Assembly (NCBI GenBank): GCA_038231775.1
Contig: JBBRKS010000001.1
Span: forward strand, 22,938-86,937
Length of the DNA: 64,000 bases
Reading direction: 5' to 3'
Source of the DNA: Rhodobacterales bacterium
Lineage (GTDB): Bacteria > Pseudomonadota > Alphaproteobacteria > Rhodobacterales > Rhodobacteraceae
The position numbers and the translations under genes are program-made. A model generated the notes under the pieces. That model was given only the letters and a program-made list of their open reading frames with translations, was not told the origin of the DNA and made no database searches. Shown here in pieces: positions 18,283 to 29,083 of the stretch; the stretch's first letter is position 1, and every line of letters begins with the position of its first letter.

Positions 18283-20931
18283 ATGTCGCGCTACGAACCC
18301 TCTGTGATCGAACCGAAATGGCAGCAGGACTGGGACGACGCCCGTGTGTTTGAGGCACGACGCGATCCGGCCAAGCCAAAGTATTATGTGCTGGAAATGT
18401 TCCCCTATCCGTCGGGCCGCATCCATATGGGCCACGTGCGCAACTATACGATGGGCGATGTGGTGGCGCGCACCAAGGCCGCGCAGGGCTATTCGGTGCT
18501 GCATCCGATGGGCTGGGACGCGTTCGGCATGCCGGCCGAAAATGCCGCGATGGAGCGGGGCGGCCACCCCAAGGACTGGACCTATTCCAACATCGCCGAC
18601 ATGCGCGCCCAAATGAAGCCGCTGGGCCTGTCGATTGACTGGAGCCGCGAATTCGCCACATGTGATCCGGAATATTACGGCCAGCAGCAGTCTATGTTCA
18701 TCGACATGATGGCCGCAGGTCTGGTCTACCGCAAAGCCGCCGTCGTGAACTGGGACCCGGTCGATATGACGGTTCTGGCCAACGAACAGGTGATCGACGG
18801 GCGCGGTTGGCGGTCGAACGCTTTGGTCGAACGGCGTGAGTTGACCCAGTGGTTCTTCAAGATCAGCGATTATTCGGCTGAACTTTTGTCGGCTTTGGAC
18901 GGGTTGAAGGACTGGCCCGAAAAAGTCCGCCTGATGCAGGCCAACTGGATCGGAAAAAGCCGGGGAATCGAGGTTCCATTTGCTCTGACCGCCCCGACAC
19001 ACGGGCTGACCGAGTTGGTTTGCTATTCCACCCGCCCGGATACCTTGCGCGGTGCGACCTTTCTTGCGATTGCCGCCGACCATCCGCTGGCCAAAGCGCT
19101 GTCCGCCGCCGACCCTGCCGTCGATGCGTTCTGTGGCGAATGCCGCCGCCTTGGCACCTCGGAGGAAGCGGTTGAGACGGCTGAAAAGCTGGGGCTGGAC
19201 ACGGGCCTGTCGGTGCGCCACCCGATCTATCCGGATCAGACCGTGCCAGTCTGGATCGGCAACTTTGTCTTGATGGAGTATGGCACCGGTGCGATCTATG
19301 GCTGCCCGGCCCATGACCAGCGCGACCTTGATTTCGCCCGCAAATATGATCTGGACGTGGTCAACGCCTTCACCATGCCGGGCGACGCCAATAAGATCGG
19401 CGATGACGCTTTGGTTCCGGCCAAGGATGTGACGGTGGACTATGACAGCCATTTCACAGGCCTGACGCTTGCGACGGGTTATGACGCCATCGAAGCCTCG
19501 ATTGACTGGATGGAAGCGCGCGGCCTTGGCACCGGGCAAATCCGCTACCGCCTGCGCGACTGGGGCATTTCGCGCCAACGCTATTGGGGCTGCCCTATTC
19601 CGGTCGTGCATTGCGCCGCCTGTGGCGTTGTACCGGAACGCAAAGAGAATCTGCCGATTGAACTGCCCTATGATGTCAGCTTTGACAAACCTGGCAACCC
19701 GTTGGACCGTCACCCGACATGGCGCGACGTGGCTTGCCCGACCTGTGGCGCTGCGGCCCGGCGCGAGACCGACACGATGGACACCTTTGTAGATTCGTCG
19801 TGGTACTACGCCCGCTTCACCGCGCCCCACGCCACGACGCCTACGGTGGCCGAGGATGCCGACTACTGGATGAACGTTGACCAGTATATCGGCGGGATTG
19901 AACATGCGATCTTGCACCTTCTGTACTCTCGGTTCTTCGCCCGGGCGATGCACAAGACCTGCCATTTGCCCCTGAAAGCGATAGAGCCGTTCAACGCCTT
20001 GTTCACCCAAGGCATGGTGACGCATGAGATTTACAAGACCACCGATGCCAATGGGCGCCCGGTTTACCATCTGCCCGAAGACGTGAGGAAATTCGCGATC
20101 AACGGCAACGTGGTGACTGTGCCGAAAAGCCGCCTTGCCGATATCGGCGTTGATCCCGACGATCCAGAGGTGTCGCAAGAGGTTCTGGATGCGATCACGC
20201 TGGTCTCTGACCTTCAGGTCGAAGTCATCCCCTCGGCCAAGATGTCCAAATCCAAAAAGAACGTCGTCGACCCGATGAACATCATCGCGGCGTTCGGCGC
20301 GGATACCGCACGCTGGTTTGTCATGTCCGACTCACCCCCCGAACGCGATGTGGAATGGACAGCCTCGGGAGCCGAGGCGACCTTCAAGCATCTCTCGCGC
20401 GTCTGGGCGCTGTGCAGCCGAATCGGTGAGATGCCGTTGGATCACAAGGGCGAAGGCGACGACGACCTGTTGCGCGCAATGCACCGTGCAATTGCCGAGG
20501 TAACGGCGGGCATCGAAGGGTTCGCGTTCAACAAGGCCATCGCCAAGCTGTACGAATTCACCAATGCCATCGCCCGCGCCTCGGCCTCAACCGTTGTCCT
20601 GAAGCAGACGTTGCGCACGCTGGCCCAACTGATGTCACCGATGACGCCGCATATCGCGGAATCGATCTGGAAAGCGCAAGGCGGCGCTGGCCTTTGCGCC
20701 CAGGCCCCGTGGCCCAAGGCCGATCCGGCCATGCTGGTTGACGACACCGTCACGCTGCCCATCCAGATCAACGGCAAACGGCGGGCGGAAATCAGCGTGC
20801 CCAAGGACATGCCCGCAGCGCAGGTTGAAAAACTTGCCTTGCAGAACGAGGATGTCATTCGCTTCCTTGCCGGTCAGCCGGTGAAAAAGCTGATCGTGGT
20901 TCCGGGGCGTATCATCAATGTCGTGGTCTAG
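18283..20931 (+). CDS. leuS: Leucine--tRNA ligase
   Basis: [10 protein letters not shown], editing domain, KMSKS. Confidence 0.98.
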   Translation: MSRYEPSVIEPKWQQDWDDARVFEARRDPAKPKYYVLEMFPYPSGRIHMGHVRNYTMGDVVARTKAAQGYSVLHPMGWDAFGMPAENAAMERGGHPKDWTYSNIADMRAQMKPLGLSIDWSREFATCDPEYYGQQQSMFIDMMAAGLVYRKAAVVNWDPVDMTVLANEQVIDGRGWRSNALVERRELTQWFFKISDYSAELLSALDGLKDWPEKVRLMQANWIGKSRGIEVPFALTAPTHGLTELVCYSTRPDTLRGATFLAIAADHPLAKALSAADPAVDAFCGECRRLGTSEEAVETAEKLGLDTGLSVRHPIYPDQTVPVWIGNFVLMEYGTGAIYGCPAHDQRDLDFARKYDLDVVNAFTMPGDANKIGDDALVPAKDVTVDYDSHFTGLTLATGYDAIEASIDWMEARGLGTGQIRYRLRDWGISRQRYWGCPIPVVHCAACGVVPERKENLPIELPYDVSFDKPGNPLDRHPTWRDVACPTCGAAARRETDTMDTFVDSSWYYARFTAPHATTPTVAEDADYWMNVDQYIGGIEHAILHLLYSRFFARAMHKTCHLPLKAIEPFNALFTQGMVTHEIYKTTDANGRPVYHLPEDVRKFAINGNVVTVPKSRLADIGVDPDDPEVSQEVLDAITLVSDLQVEVIPSAKMSKSKKNVVDPMNIIAAFGADTARWFVMSDSPPERDVEWTASGAEATFKHLSRVWALCSRIGEMPLDHKGEGDDDLLRAMHRAIAEVTAGIEGFAFNKAIAKLYEFTNAIARASASTVVLKQTLRTLAQLMSPMTPHIAESIWKAQGGAGLCAQAPWPKADPAMLVDDTVTLPIQINGKRRAEISVPKDMPAAQVEKLALQNEDVIRFLAGQPVKKLIVVPGRIINVVV

Positions 20932-21403
20932 ACGCGCAATCCTGCTGATGCCTTTCGCGCTGGCCGCCTGTGGCTTTACGCCTGCGTTCGGCACCAAGGG
21001 GCCTGCGGAAAAGCTGCTGGGCACCGTGCGCACCGCTGACCCGACCGACAAGAACAGCTTTGATTTTGTTCAACATATGGACGAACGGCTGGGCCGCCCG
21101 ACCAATCCGCTGTACGATTTGGCCTATACCATCACGACGACTCCGGTCGGGGTTGGCATCACGCCGGACAACGCCACCACGCGGTATAACCTGACCGGCG
21201 GCATCGACTGGACCCTGACGCGGCGTGCCGATCAGACGCGCATGACGGGCGGCCATATCGACAGCTTTACCTCGTATTCCGCCACCGGATCGACGGTTGC
21301 GGGTCTTACGGCAGAAAGTGACGCCAGCCTGCGCCTGATGCGGTTGCTGGCGGATGCGGTGGTGATGCGGCTGGTCGCAGCCTCGGCCAGCTTTCCGGCA
21401 TGA
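20918..21403 (+). CDS. lptE: LPS assembly lipoprotein LptE
   Basis: LAACGF lipobox; between leuS and holA. Confidence 0.9.
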   Translation: MSWSRRAILLMPFALAACGFTPAFGTKGPAEKLLGTVRTADPTDKNSFDFVQHMDERLGRPTNPLYDLAYTITTTPVGVGITPDNATTRYNLTGGIDWTLTRRADQTRMTGGHIDSFTSYSATGSTVAGLTAESDASLRLMRLLADAVVMRLVAASASFPA

Positions 21404-22413
21404 AGCTGACCGGCCCCGAGGCGCGGCGCTATCTGGCCAAACCTGATGCGGGCAAGGCGGCTTTGGTGATCTTTGGCGAAGATGCCATGCGCGTTGCCCT
21501 GAAACGGGCCGAGGCTGTGGTGGCACTTGCCGGTCCGCTTGCCGATGAGGAAATGCGCCTGACCCGCATTCCCGCCGCCGACCTGCGCAAGGATCAGGCC
21601 GCCCTGCTGGATGCCGTCAAAGCGCGTGGCTTTTTCCCCGGCCCCCGCGTTGTGGTGGTCGAGGATGCGACGGACGGGCTGTCCGCCACACTGCAGGCCA
21701 GCTTTGACCAATGGCGGCCCGGCGATGCCAACATCATCGTAACCGCTGGCAACCTGACTGGAAAATCTGCACTGAAAACCCTTGCCGAAAAACATTTCGC
21801 TGTGATGTGCATCGGTTTGTACGACGACCCGCCAACGCGGGAAGAGATTGACACCGAACTGAAGCGGGCCGGATTGGCACAGGTGCCGCCCGATGCGATG
21901 GCCGAACTGATGACCCTGTCTCGTGCCCTTGATCCGGGTGATTTTCGCCAGACCCTTGAAAAGATAGCGCTGTACAAATACCGCGACCCCCTGCCCCTGA
22001 CCCCCGCCGAAATCAACACCCTCGCCCCTGCCACCATCGAAACCGAAGCAGAAGAGCTGCTGGATGCGGTGGCAGAGCTGCAGATGGCTGCCATCGGTCC
22101 CGTCTTGCGCCGGTTAGAGGGGCAAGGCGTGCTGCCGGTCACCCTGTGCATCGCGGGCCTGCGCCACTTTACCACCCTGCATCTGATGGCGACCGACCCC
22201 GAAGGCCCGGCTTCCGGCTTTGTCAAAGCGCGCGGCTTTTTCAAACGCCGCGACCGGATGATGAAACAGGCGGGCAACTGGACGACACGGCAGATCGAAA
22301 AGGCCCTGTCGCTGCTGGTGGAAACCGACATGACGCTGCGGTCAACCTCACGCGCACCGGCCATGGCGGTGATGGAGCGCACGCTGATCCGTATTGCCCG
22401 GCGCGAACGTTAA
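21400..22413 (+). CDS. holA: DNA polymerase III delta subunit
   Basis: LVIFGED, RGFFPGPRVV, ALYK; synteny. Confidence 0.93.
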   Translation: MKLTGPEARRYLAKPDAGKAALVIFGEDAMRVALKRAEAVVALAGPLADEEMRLTRIPAADLRKDQAALLDAVKARGFFPGPRVVVVEDATDGLSATLQASFDQWRPGDANIIVTAGNLTGKSALKTLAEKHFAVMCIGLYDDPPTREEIDTELKRAGLAQVPPDAMAELMTLSRALDPGDFRQTLEKIALYKYRDPLPLTPAEINTLAPATIETEAEELLDAVAELQMAAIGPVLRRLEGQGVLPVTLCIAGLRHFTTLHLMATDPEGPASGFVKARGFFKRRDRMMKQAGNWTTRQIEKALSLLVETDMTLRSTSRAPAMAVMERTLIRIARRER

Positions 22414-22508
22414 GGCGCTATTGCGCAACTTGGGTTCCAGTTTTTCGGTTGGATCAAACCACTGGCAATGGACAGCCGGGGATGCTTTCGCCCTGCCCCA
22501 GCGACCGA

Positions 22509-23285
22509 TCAAGGGGCCGGACAGCCGCGAAACTCAACGGCGTGACCATCGGCCAGCACGGTTACGGTCACTCCTGACCGGTCCAGCGTAAAGGGCGCAC
22601 CGCTCGACGCCACCAGATCGGTTTTCGACGCAAGGACCGCCCCGTGCCGTTCTGTTTGGGCAGAGGCGACCCAGACCTGCGGGTCAGCGGTTTCAAACAC
22701 CACAGTTTCAACGCCGCCCTGCGGTGGCAGGTCCAGCGTGGCCGTCAGACGCAACCCGTCGGCAATCGGCGACACCTCGCATTTCGCACCTTTGACCAGC
22801 TTCGGACCGGCCGCGAGCGCTGCGGAAATCCGACTATCGGGCGCACCGGCTCCTTGCAACACGGCTGAAAAGGTCAGATGCGCGGGCAGGCAAATGTCGT
22901 GACAGACGCCAAGATCCATCTTCAGGGCAAGCGTGACGGGCCGTGCCGGATCGGCAGGCACCACCTCAACCGGCAGGACCAATTCATTTTGATAAGCAAT
23001 GCTCAACAGCCCGTTCAGCGTGATCGCCTGCGGGCTGGGCCAATGAAACTGCACCGATTTCAGGTTGTCCGAACCGGTCCAGTCGAACACCGGCGGAATC
23101 CCTGCGTCGCCGGGCGCGCGCCAATAGGTCTTCCACAACGGGGCCAGATGCAGGTCAAGTGCTGCCATGTAATGACCATCGGCCTGCCGCCAGCCGGGCA
23201 GCAGTTCGGCCTGCAAAACATCGTCCTGAATATCAGCCCGCACCGGACTGGCTAAAACGAGGGCAAGGAGGGCATATCTGATCAT
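22509..23285 (-). CDS. DsbD N-terminal domain protein
   Basis: Signal peptide, WKTYWRAPGDAGIPP, GVCHDIC. Confidence 0.9.
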   Translation of the reverse strand: MIRYALLALVLASPVRADIQDDVLQAELLPGWRQADGHYMAALDLHLAPLWKTYWRAPGDAGIPPVFDWTGSDNLKSVQFHWPSPQAITLNGLLSIAYQNELVLPVEVVPADPARPVTLALKMDLGVCHDICLPAHLTFSAVLQGAGAPDSRISAALAAGPKLVKGAKCEVSPIADGLRLTATLDLPPQGGVETVVFETADPQVWVASAQTERHGAVLASKTDLVASSGAPFTLDRSGVTVTVLADGHAVEFRGCPAP

Positions 23286-23409
23286 CCCTTATCCATACGA
23301 AACCCCGGATCACGGCGAAACCCCGGCCAGATCACTTTGCAGCGACGCAGCCGTGAAATCGGGTTGAGAGCGGCGCCACTTGCCCCCATCCTGAAGTTTG
23401 GAGGATTCG

Positions 23410-23964
23410 ATGGATCTGACTGGCAAGCTGATCATCGCCATGCCCGCCTTGGGTGATCTGCGCTTTGAACGCGCGGTTATTCTGATCTGCGCCCATTCCG
23501 CAGACGGGGCGATGGGGCTTATCCTGAACAAACCGGTGCCCGACCTGCGGTTCGCCGGTCTTCTGACCCAACTGAACCTGCCGCACGGCGACAGCGCCCG
23601 CGACATTCGCCTGCTGATCGGCGGCCCTGTCGAACGTGGGCGCGGTTTTGTGCTCCACTCACCCGATTACAGCGGAGACGGGGCGACGATGGAGATTGAA
23701 GGCGGCTACCGGATGACAGCGACGTTAGACGTTCTGGAGGCATTGGGCAATGGCGGCGGCCCGGCCCAAGCCATTCTGGCGCTGGGATATTCCGGCTGGG
23801 GGCCGGGCCAGTTGGAGGGTGAGATTGCCCGCAATGACTGGCTGACCGGCGACGCCTCGGATGCGCTGATCTATGGCCAAGGCACGGCGGGCAAATGGGC
23901 GTTGGCGCTGCGGGCAATGGGAATTGACCCGGTTTCGCTTTCACCAAGTGCTGGTCGGGCGTGA
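23410..23964 (+). CDS. YqgE/AlgH family protein
   Basis: GAMGLILNKP, GGPV...GFVLH, GYSGWGPGQLEGE. Confidence 0.95.
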   Translation: MDLTGKLIIAMPALGDLRFERAVILICAHSADGAMGLILNKPVPDLRFAGLLTQLNLPHGDSARDIRLLIGGPVERGRGFVLHSPDYSGDGATMEIEGGYRMTATLDVLEALGNGGGPAQAILALGYSGWGPGQLEGEIARNDWLTGDASDALIYGQGTAGKWALALRAMGIDPVSLSPSAGRA

Positions 23965-24381
23965 CGGCAGACTTGCCACATCCCAGTCGCGGTGGCATGA
24001 CCGCCCGAACAGGGGGGGGCGGCATGACATATCTGGCGAGACAAGCTGCATCCCGGACGATGGGCCGCGGGATGTTTCCGGCAGCGTGGCCAGAGTTTGC
24101 GCTGTTGATCCTTCCCTACCGTCGGGCGCGTTTGATTGATCGGCGCGCACAGCCCTCTCGGACCAAGGCGCTTTCGCCCGGCAGTGGCGGAATCGTTGGG
24201 ACCACTCACCGGTTCTACCAGCGCTTTCTGCCGCTTTTGGGTAAGTTTCGGTTGAAAGGCGTTGACGGCAGGGCGACGAAATTCATCTCGCACGCAGCGG
24301 TCGCGATCTGGAACACCTGCAAGTCCAACGCGAGAGTGATGCCCTTCCCGTACCACCTGGGTCAGATCAAGGACGGCCGGA

Positions 24382-25521
24382 ATGGCTGACGCGCTGGTCA
24401 TCGGCGCTGGTCCCGCCGGGTTGATGGCTGCAGAAGAACTGGCAAAAGCCGGGCACAAGGTGGTGATCTGCGAGGCGAAACCCTCGCCGGCGCGCAAGTT
24501 TCTGATGGCGGGCAAAAGCGGGCTGAACATCACCAAGGATCAGGAGTCCGGCGCATTTCTGGCTGCCTGTGACTGCCCTGCACTAGCACCGATGCTGGCA
24601 GATTTCGGGCCGCAGGAGGTGATGGATTGGTGCCGGGGTTTGGGGGTGGCGGTCTTTACCGGGTCGTCAGGCCGGGTGTTTCCGGTGGCGATGAAAGCCT
24701 CTCCGTTGTTGCGGGCCTGGCTTTTGCGGCTGAACGGGTTGGGTGTCGAACTGCGCAGCCGCTGGCGCTGGCTGGGCTTTCAGGACGGGTTCGCCTTTCA
24801 AACCCCGGACTCGGTGCAGGTTCTGCGGCCTGATATGACGGTTCTGGCGTTAGGTGGCACCAGTTGGGCGCGGCTGGGGTCAGATGCCGCCTGGGTGCCT
24901 TGGCTGGCCGAAAAGGGCGTGGCGATAGCCCCGTTCAAACCCGCCAACATGGGGTTTTCCGTCAACTGGTCGCCGCATATGGCGAAGTTTTTCGGGGTGG
25001 CGGTCAAGGGGGCCGCACTTTGTGTCGGCAAAAGGCGCGAACGCGGAGAGTTCATCATATCCTCCAAAGGCGTTGAGGGCGGCGGGATTTACTCGGTTTC
25101 CAAGGATTTGCGGGACGGTGCCCCCCTGCTGCTGGACCTTGCGCCGGACGTTGCCGTGGACGATGTGGCGGCGCGGCTGGCGGCGATGCGCCCGCGTGAG
25201 ACTTTGGCGAACCGGTTGCGAAAGCTTGGATTGCCCGCAGCCTCAACCGCTTTGGTGATGGAGTTTGGCCGCGATCTGTCGCCCATTCAGGCGGTCAAGG
25301 CGCTGCCAATCCGGCTGGCAGGGCCACGACCGCTGGACGAGGCGATTTCAGTCGCCGGTGGCGTGCGGTTTGATGCCGTGACGGCGGGCTTGGAATTGCA
25401 GGCCCTACCGGGGGTGTTTGTCTGCGGCGAGATGCTGGATTGGGAGGCCCCGACGGGTGGCTACCTGCTGACCGGCTGTCTGGCGACGGGGCGTTGGGCA
25501 GGTCGGCAAGCGGCGCGATAA
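24382..25521 (+). CDS. BaiN/HI0933-family flavoprotein
   Basis: IGAGPAG, RKFLMAGKSGLN, GRVFP, GEMLDWEAPTGGYLL. Confidence 0.93.
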   Translation: MADALVIGAGPAGLMAAEELAKAGHKVVICEAKPSPARKFLMAGKSGLNITKDQESGAFLAACDCPALAPMLADFGPQEVMDWCRGLGVAVFTGSSGRVFPVAMKASPLLRAWLLRLNGLGVELRSRWRWLGFQDGFAFQTPDSVQVLRPDMTVLALGGTSWARLGSDAAWVPWLAEKGVAIAPFKPANMGFSVNWSPHMAKFFGVAVKGAALCVGKRRERGEFIISSKGVEGGGIYSVSKDLRDGAPLLLDLAPDVAVDDVAARLAAMRPRETLANRLRKLGLPAASTALVMEFGRDLSPIQAVKALPIRLAGPRPLDEAISVAGGVRFDAVTAGLELQALPGVFVCGEMLDWEAPTGGYLLTGCLATGRWAGRQAAR

Positions 25522-25553
25522 CACGCGTGTTATGACAGCTAAGATATTGATAT
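25517..25553 (+). promoter_or_regulatory. Composite palindromic motif, copy A
   Basis: GATAACAC-GC-GTGTTAT-N6-TAA-N4-TTGATAT; a second copy lies on the minus strand at 57735-57771. Confidence 0.45.
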
Positions 25554-25807
25554 AAATTAATATACTTAAAAAGATTCACTTCCTGTTAACTTCCGCCACG
25601 CTGTTTGACGATGGCATTGTGGGTGCCGCGCGATCAACGTTGACCAACACACCAGAGTGATTTCGGTCAGTTAAGGTCGCAAGAGTGCGTCACGGGTTGG
25701 GGGTCAGAGAAATTCTCGATTTCCCTCTGGCCCAAACCCAAGCACGTTGCCGCACTGGCAGCACAGCGTTTGCGCCGGTTTTAAAGCGTCAAACCACGCC
25801 CTGCCCT

Positions 25808-27130
25808 TTAAGCCCGGCGCGGTTGGGCGCGGTACAGGCGCATCACGTTTTCTGCGTCGCTGCCGATTTCTGCCGCGTCTTCGGCACCGCAATCGGTGCA
25901 GTCGCGCGCAAGTTCGGCGGCTGACGGGGTGTGCAAGATCACGTTGTGCTGGGTGCCGCGCAGGGCTTCGGTGCCCAGAACCTCCCACTCACCGCCCGCA
26001 TATTCGGTGAAGGCGTCGCTGGCGATCACGGTCTTGCGGTAGGCCTTGGTCAGCGTTTCAAGCCGCTGCACCTCGTTCACGGCGGTGCCGAAGGTTGAAA
26101 AGGTCAGCCGGTTCTTCAGGCCGATGTTGCCGAACATCACGTTGCCGACATGCAGACCGATGCCGTAGCCGATGGCCGACAAATCCTCGGCGTGGCGGCG
26201 GGTGTTCAGCCGGGCCATCCGCGCCACGGCTGAGCGCACGGCATCAAGGGCCGCACTGGCCGCCACTTCAGACGCCTCTTTGTGGCGTTCGCACGGATAG
26301 ACGGCAAGGAACCCGTCACCGATAAAGCTGAGAATCTCACCACCATTTCGGTTGAACGGCGTGGCGATCGCATCAAAAAACTCGTTCAGGGTTTCAATAT
26401 AGACCTGCCGCCCGTGATTTTCGGCGAAGCTGGTAGAATTGCGCATGTCACCCATCACCAGAACGGCGCGGACTGTTTCGCCGTCGCCGCGCTTGGTCTG
26501 ACCTGACAGCACCCGTCGCCCAGCATCGCCGCCAAGGTAGGTCGACAGCATGTTGTCGGCAAGCTTGTCCAGCACGGCCATCTTGGTCGCAACAGCCAGG
26601 TTCGATTCGACGCGCACGAGGGTGCGGATCATCTGTTCGGAAAATCCCTGCGGATGGTCGGTGGTCCACGACCCCATCATGCCCCGGGAGCCGTCGCCGT
26701 CGCCGTTGAAGGATTCCACGAATGCCATATAGTCCGTACCGCCCGAGGCAATCAGTTCGGCGAAAACCGGAAACTCTGGCGCGGTGGTGTCATTCAGTCT
26801 GCGGCGCAGATGACCCAGTCCGTGCTTGAGAAGGTGGTAAAATGGGCTGGCCTCGTACCGGTTTTGCAGGGTTTGCTGACCTCTGCGCTGATGGCCGACG
26901 GCTTCGACGCCGCGACCACGGGCCCAGGTAAAGCTAAGCGCGTCATAAAGCGGATGCAGCATCGAAAACCCGACATTGGCGCGCAACAAAGGCATGCCCG
27001 CCGCCGAAAGCCGTTCAAAGGTGCCGGTGCACAACGTCTCAAGATCAGCGCCCTTCAGGGCTGCCCGCCGTAACCAGGCAACAAGCTCGTCGATCAGGGT
27101 ATCAGAGACATCGGCAGATTGAGGCGTCAT
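25808..27130 (-). CDS. Class III nucleotidyl (adenylate/guanylate) cyclase
   Basis: MGDMRNST, SFIGDG, IGLHVG, AVNEVQRLE; N-terminal GAF-like region. Confidence 0.9.
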   Translation of the reverse strand: MTPQSADVSDTLIDELVAWLRRAALKGADLETLCTGTFERLSAAGMPLLRANVGFSMLHPLYDALSFTWARGRGVEAVGHQRRGQQTLQNRYEASPFYHLLKHGLGHLRRRLNDTTAPEFPVFAELIASGGTDYMAFVESFNGDGDGSRGMMGSWTTDHPQGFSEQMIRTLVRVESNLAVATKMAVLDKLADNMLSTYLGGDAGRRVLSGQTKRGDGETVRAVLVMGDMRNSTSFAENHGRQVYIETLNEFFDAIATPFNRNGGEILSFIGDGFLAVYPCERHKEASEVAASAALDAVRSAVARMARLNTRRHAEDLSAIGYGIGLHVGNVMFGNIGLKNRLTFSTFGTAVNEVQRLETLTKAYRKTVIASDAFTEYAGGEWEVLGTEALRGTQHNVILHTPSAAELARDCTDCGAEDAAEIGSDAENVMRLYRAQPRRA

Positions 27131-27357
27131 GGCAGGTCTTTCGGGGATCGTTTCTTTGGCAACCACAGGTTGGCCGGTTGAACGCATATAAGCGTCGGTC
27201 CGGCCATTCTCAAGCGCGGTTGTGGCGGCAGAGATGTGCGCCCATGATCAGGCATGCGGGCGGTTTTGCAGGGTTGATGGCGGGTGGGACGTGATCCGGG
27301 GATGTTCGGGAGGGTCAATGTGCGAGGGAGTCTTGCAGCGGCGGGGGGAACGCTGCC

Positions 27358-28170
27358 CTACTTGCCCCCACCTGCCGTCTCTCCACCCGACCGTGTCAGG
27401 TAATAGGCACCAAGGATCGGCAGGAAGGTCACCGCGAACACGACCATGGCCACCACGTTGGTGACAGGGCGTTGGCGCGGGCGGATCAGCTCGTCCAGCA
27501 TCCAGATCGGCAGGGTTTTTGAGGCGGCTCCGGCTCCGGCGGTGAAGGTGGTGACGATGACTTCGTCGAAGCTGAGGGCGAAGGCGAGCATTCCGCCGGC
27601 CAACAGGGCGGTGGCAAGGTTGGGCAGCAGGATGTGGCGGAAGGTCTGGAAGGCGTTGGCACCAAGGTCGGCAGACGCCTCAAGAATCGCACCGGACAGG
27701 CGGCGAAAGCGGGCGACGGCGTTGTTGTAGACGATGACGATGCAGAAGGTTGCATGGCCAAGCACGATGGTGATCCACGAAAAATCAAGATGCAGCAGGG
27801 GGATGGCGGACCGCAGGGCGATGCCGGTGATTACGCCGGGCAAGGCGATGGGCAGGATGATCAGCAGGGACAACTGGTCGCGACCCCAGAATTTTGCCCC
27901 GCTCATGGCGGCGGAAATCAGCGTGCCAAGGATCAGGGCAAGGCAGGTGGACAGCAGTGCGATCTGACATGACAGGATCAGAGGCGGCCAGATGTCGGCA
28001 CGGTTCCAGGCGATGGCGAACCATTTGGTGGTCAGGCCGGGCGGCGGGAAGGCGAAAGAGCGCTCTTCAATTGTGAAGGCGTATAGGAAGATCAACAGGA
28101 TAGGCAGGTGCAGGAAGGCGAGGCCCCCGGCTGCGGCGAGTTTCAGGGGGAGGGGCGCGTTAGAGGGCAT
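27358..28170 (-). CDS. Polyamine-type ABC permease (PotC/YdcV-like)
   Basis: EASADLGA EAA loop; FALSFDE. Confidence 0.93.
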   Translation of the reverse strand: MPSNAPLPLKLAAAGGLAFLHLPILLIFLYAFTIEERSFAFPPPGLTTKWFAIAWNRADIWPPLILSCQIALLSTCLALILGTLISAAMSGAKFWGRDQLSLLIILPIALPGVITGIALRSAIPLLHLDFSWITIVLGHATFCIVIVYNNAVARFRRLSGAILEASADLGANAFQTFRHILLPNLATALLAGGMLAFALSFDEVIVTTFTAGAGAASKTLPIWMLDELIRPRQRPVTNVVAMVVFAVTFLPILGAYYLTRSGGETAGGGK

Positions 28171-29083
28171 CGAACGCGCCCGCCTTGCGGGCGAGGGTCA
28201 GGTAAACCAGCATGATCAGGATCGGCACCACGGCGAAAGCGGCGGCCAAAGGCACGTTTCCGGCGGTGCCTTGCAGCTGATAGACCGCCATGCCGATGTA
28301 GCTGGCCGAATTGCCGATGATCTGCGGGATGATGTAATCGCCCAACGTCAGCGAAAAGGTAAAGATTGACCCCGCGATGATGCCCGGCAAGGCAAGGGGC
28401 AGCGTGACCGTCCAGAAGGTTTGCCGTGCGGTGGCGCCAAGATCGGCTGCGGCCTCAATCATCGAGGTGGGCACCCGTTCCAGCGCGGCCTGCATAGGCA
28501 GGATCATATAGGGCAGCCAGACATAGCAGAACACGGTGAAAGTACCGAGATACGAGGTGGAAAGCGAGTTCCCCCCAATCCCCGGCAACACGAGGGCGGC
28601 GTTCAAAAGCCAGTCGGTGTGGGTGGTGGTGGCGACCCAGGTCACAATGCCCTCTTTGGCGAGGATCAGTTTGAAGGCGTAGACCTTGACGAGATAGCTG
28701 CTCCACAACGGCAGCATGACGCCAAGGTAGAAGGCGGCTTTCCAGCGGCCTTTGGCGTAGCGGGCGGCGTAGTAGGCGATCGGGAAGGCAAGGATTGTGG
28801 AAGCGAGGGTGACGGCTGTGGCCATCAGAAGGGTGCGGGTGATGATCGACAGGTTGGAGGGTGTGAACAGCTGCGCGTAGGTTTTGAGGGTGAATTCCGG
28901 GATGATCAGGCCGGAGAAATCGTCGAGCGAATAGAAGGACTGCAGCAACAGGGCTGCGAGCGAGCCGAGATAGATGAGGCCGAGCCAGAGGAGCGGCGGG
29001 GTCAACAGGAGGGCCAGGAGGAGTTTGGGGTGGCGCCAGAACAGCGTGGTAAGGTGGTCGGGCAGGGATCTGGTGGGTGTCAT
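28160..29083 (-). CDS. Polyamine-type ABC permease (PotB/YdcU-like)
   Basis: EAAADLGA; SYLVKVYA; LGDYIIP. Confidence 0.93.
   Translation of the reverse strand: MTPTRSLPDHLTTLFWRHPKLLLALLLTPPLLWLGLIYLGSLAALLLQSFYSLDDFSGLIIPEFTLKTYAQLFTPSNLSIITRTLLMATAVTLASTILAFPIAYYAARYAKGRWKAAFYLGVMLPLWSSYLVKVYAFKLILAKEGIVTWVATTTHTDWLLNAALVLPGIGGNSLSTSYLGTFTVFCYVWLPYMILPMQAALERVPTSMIEAAADLGATARQTFWTVTLPLALPGIIAGSIFTFSLTLGDYIIPQIIGNSASYIGMAVYQLQGTAGNVPLAAAFAVVPILIMLVYLTLARKAGAFDAL

Noticed and set aside
18250-20178. 642-aa antisense ORF (likewise 16361..17422, 8307..9515, 50593..51894, 59764..60936 and others)
   Set aside because: Shadow or alternative-frame ORFs overlapping well-supported genes, as expected from GC3 bias.
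23961-24389. 142-aa ORF between yqgE and the flavoprotein
   Set aside because: Arg-rich, no recognisable domain, poor codon bias; kept only as an unexplained gap.
25517-25553. dif/Xer site
   Set aside because: Arm orientation is TTAT-N6-TAA, the reverse of the ATAA-N6-TTAT dif arrangement.
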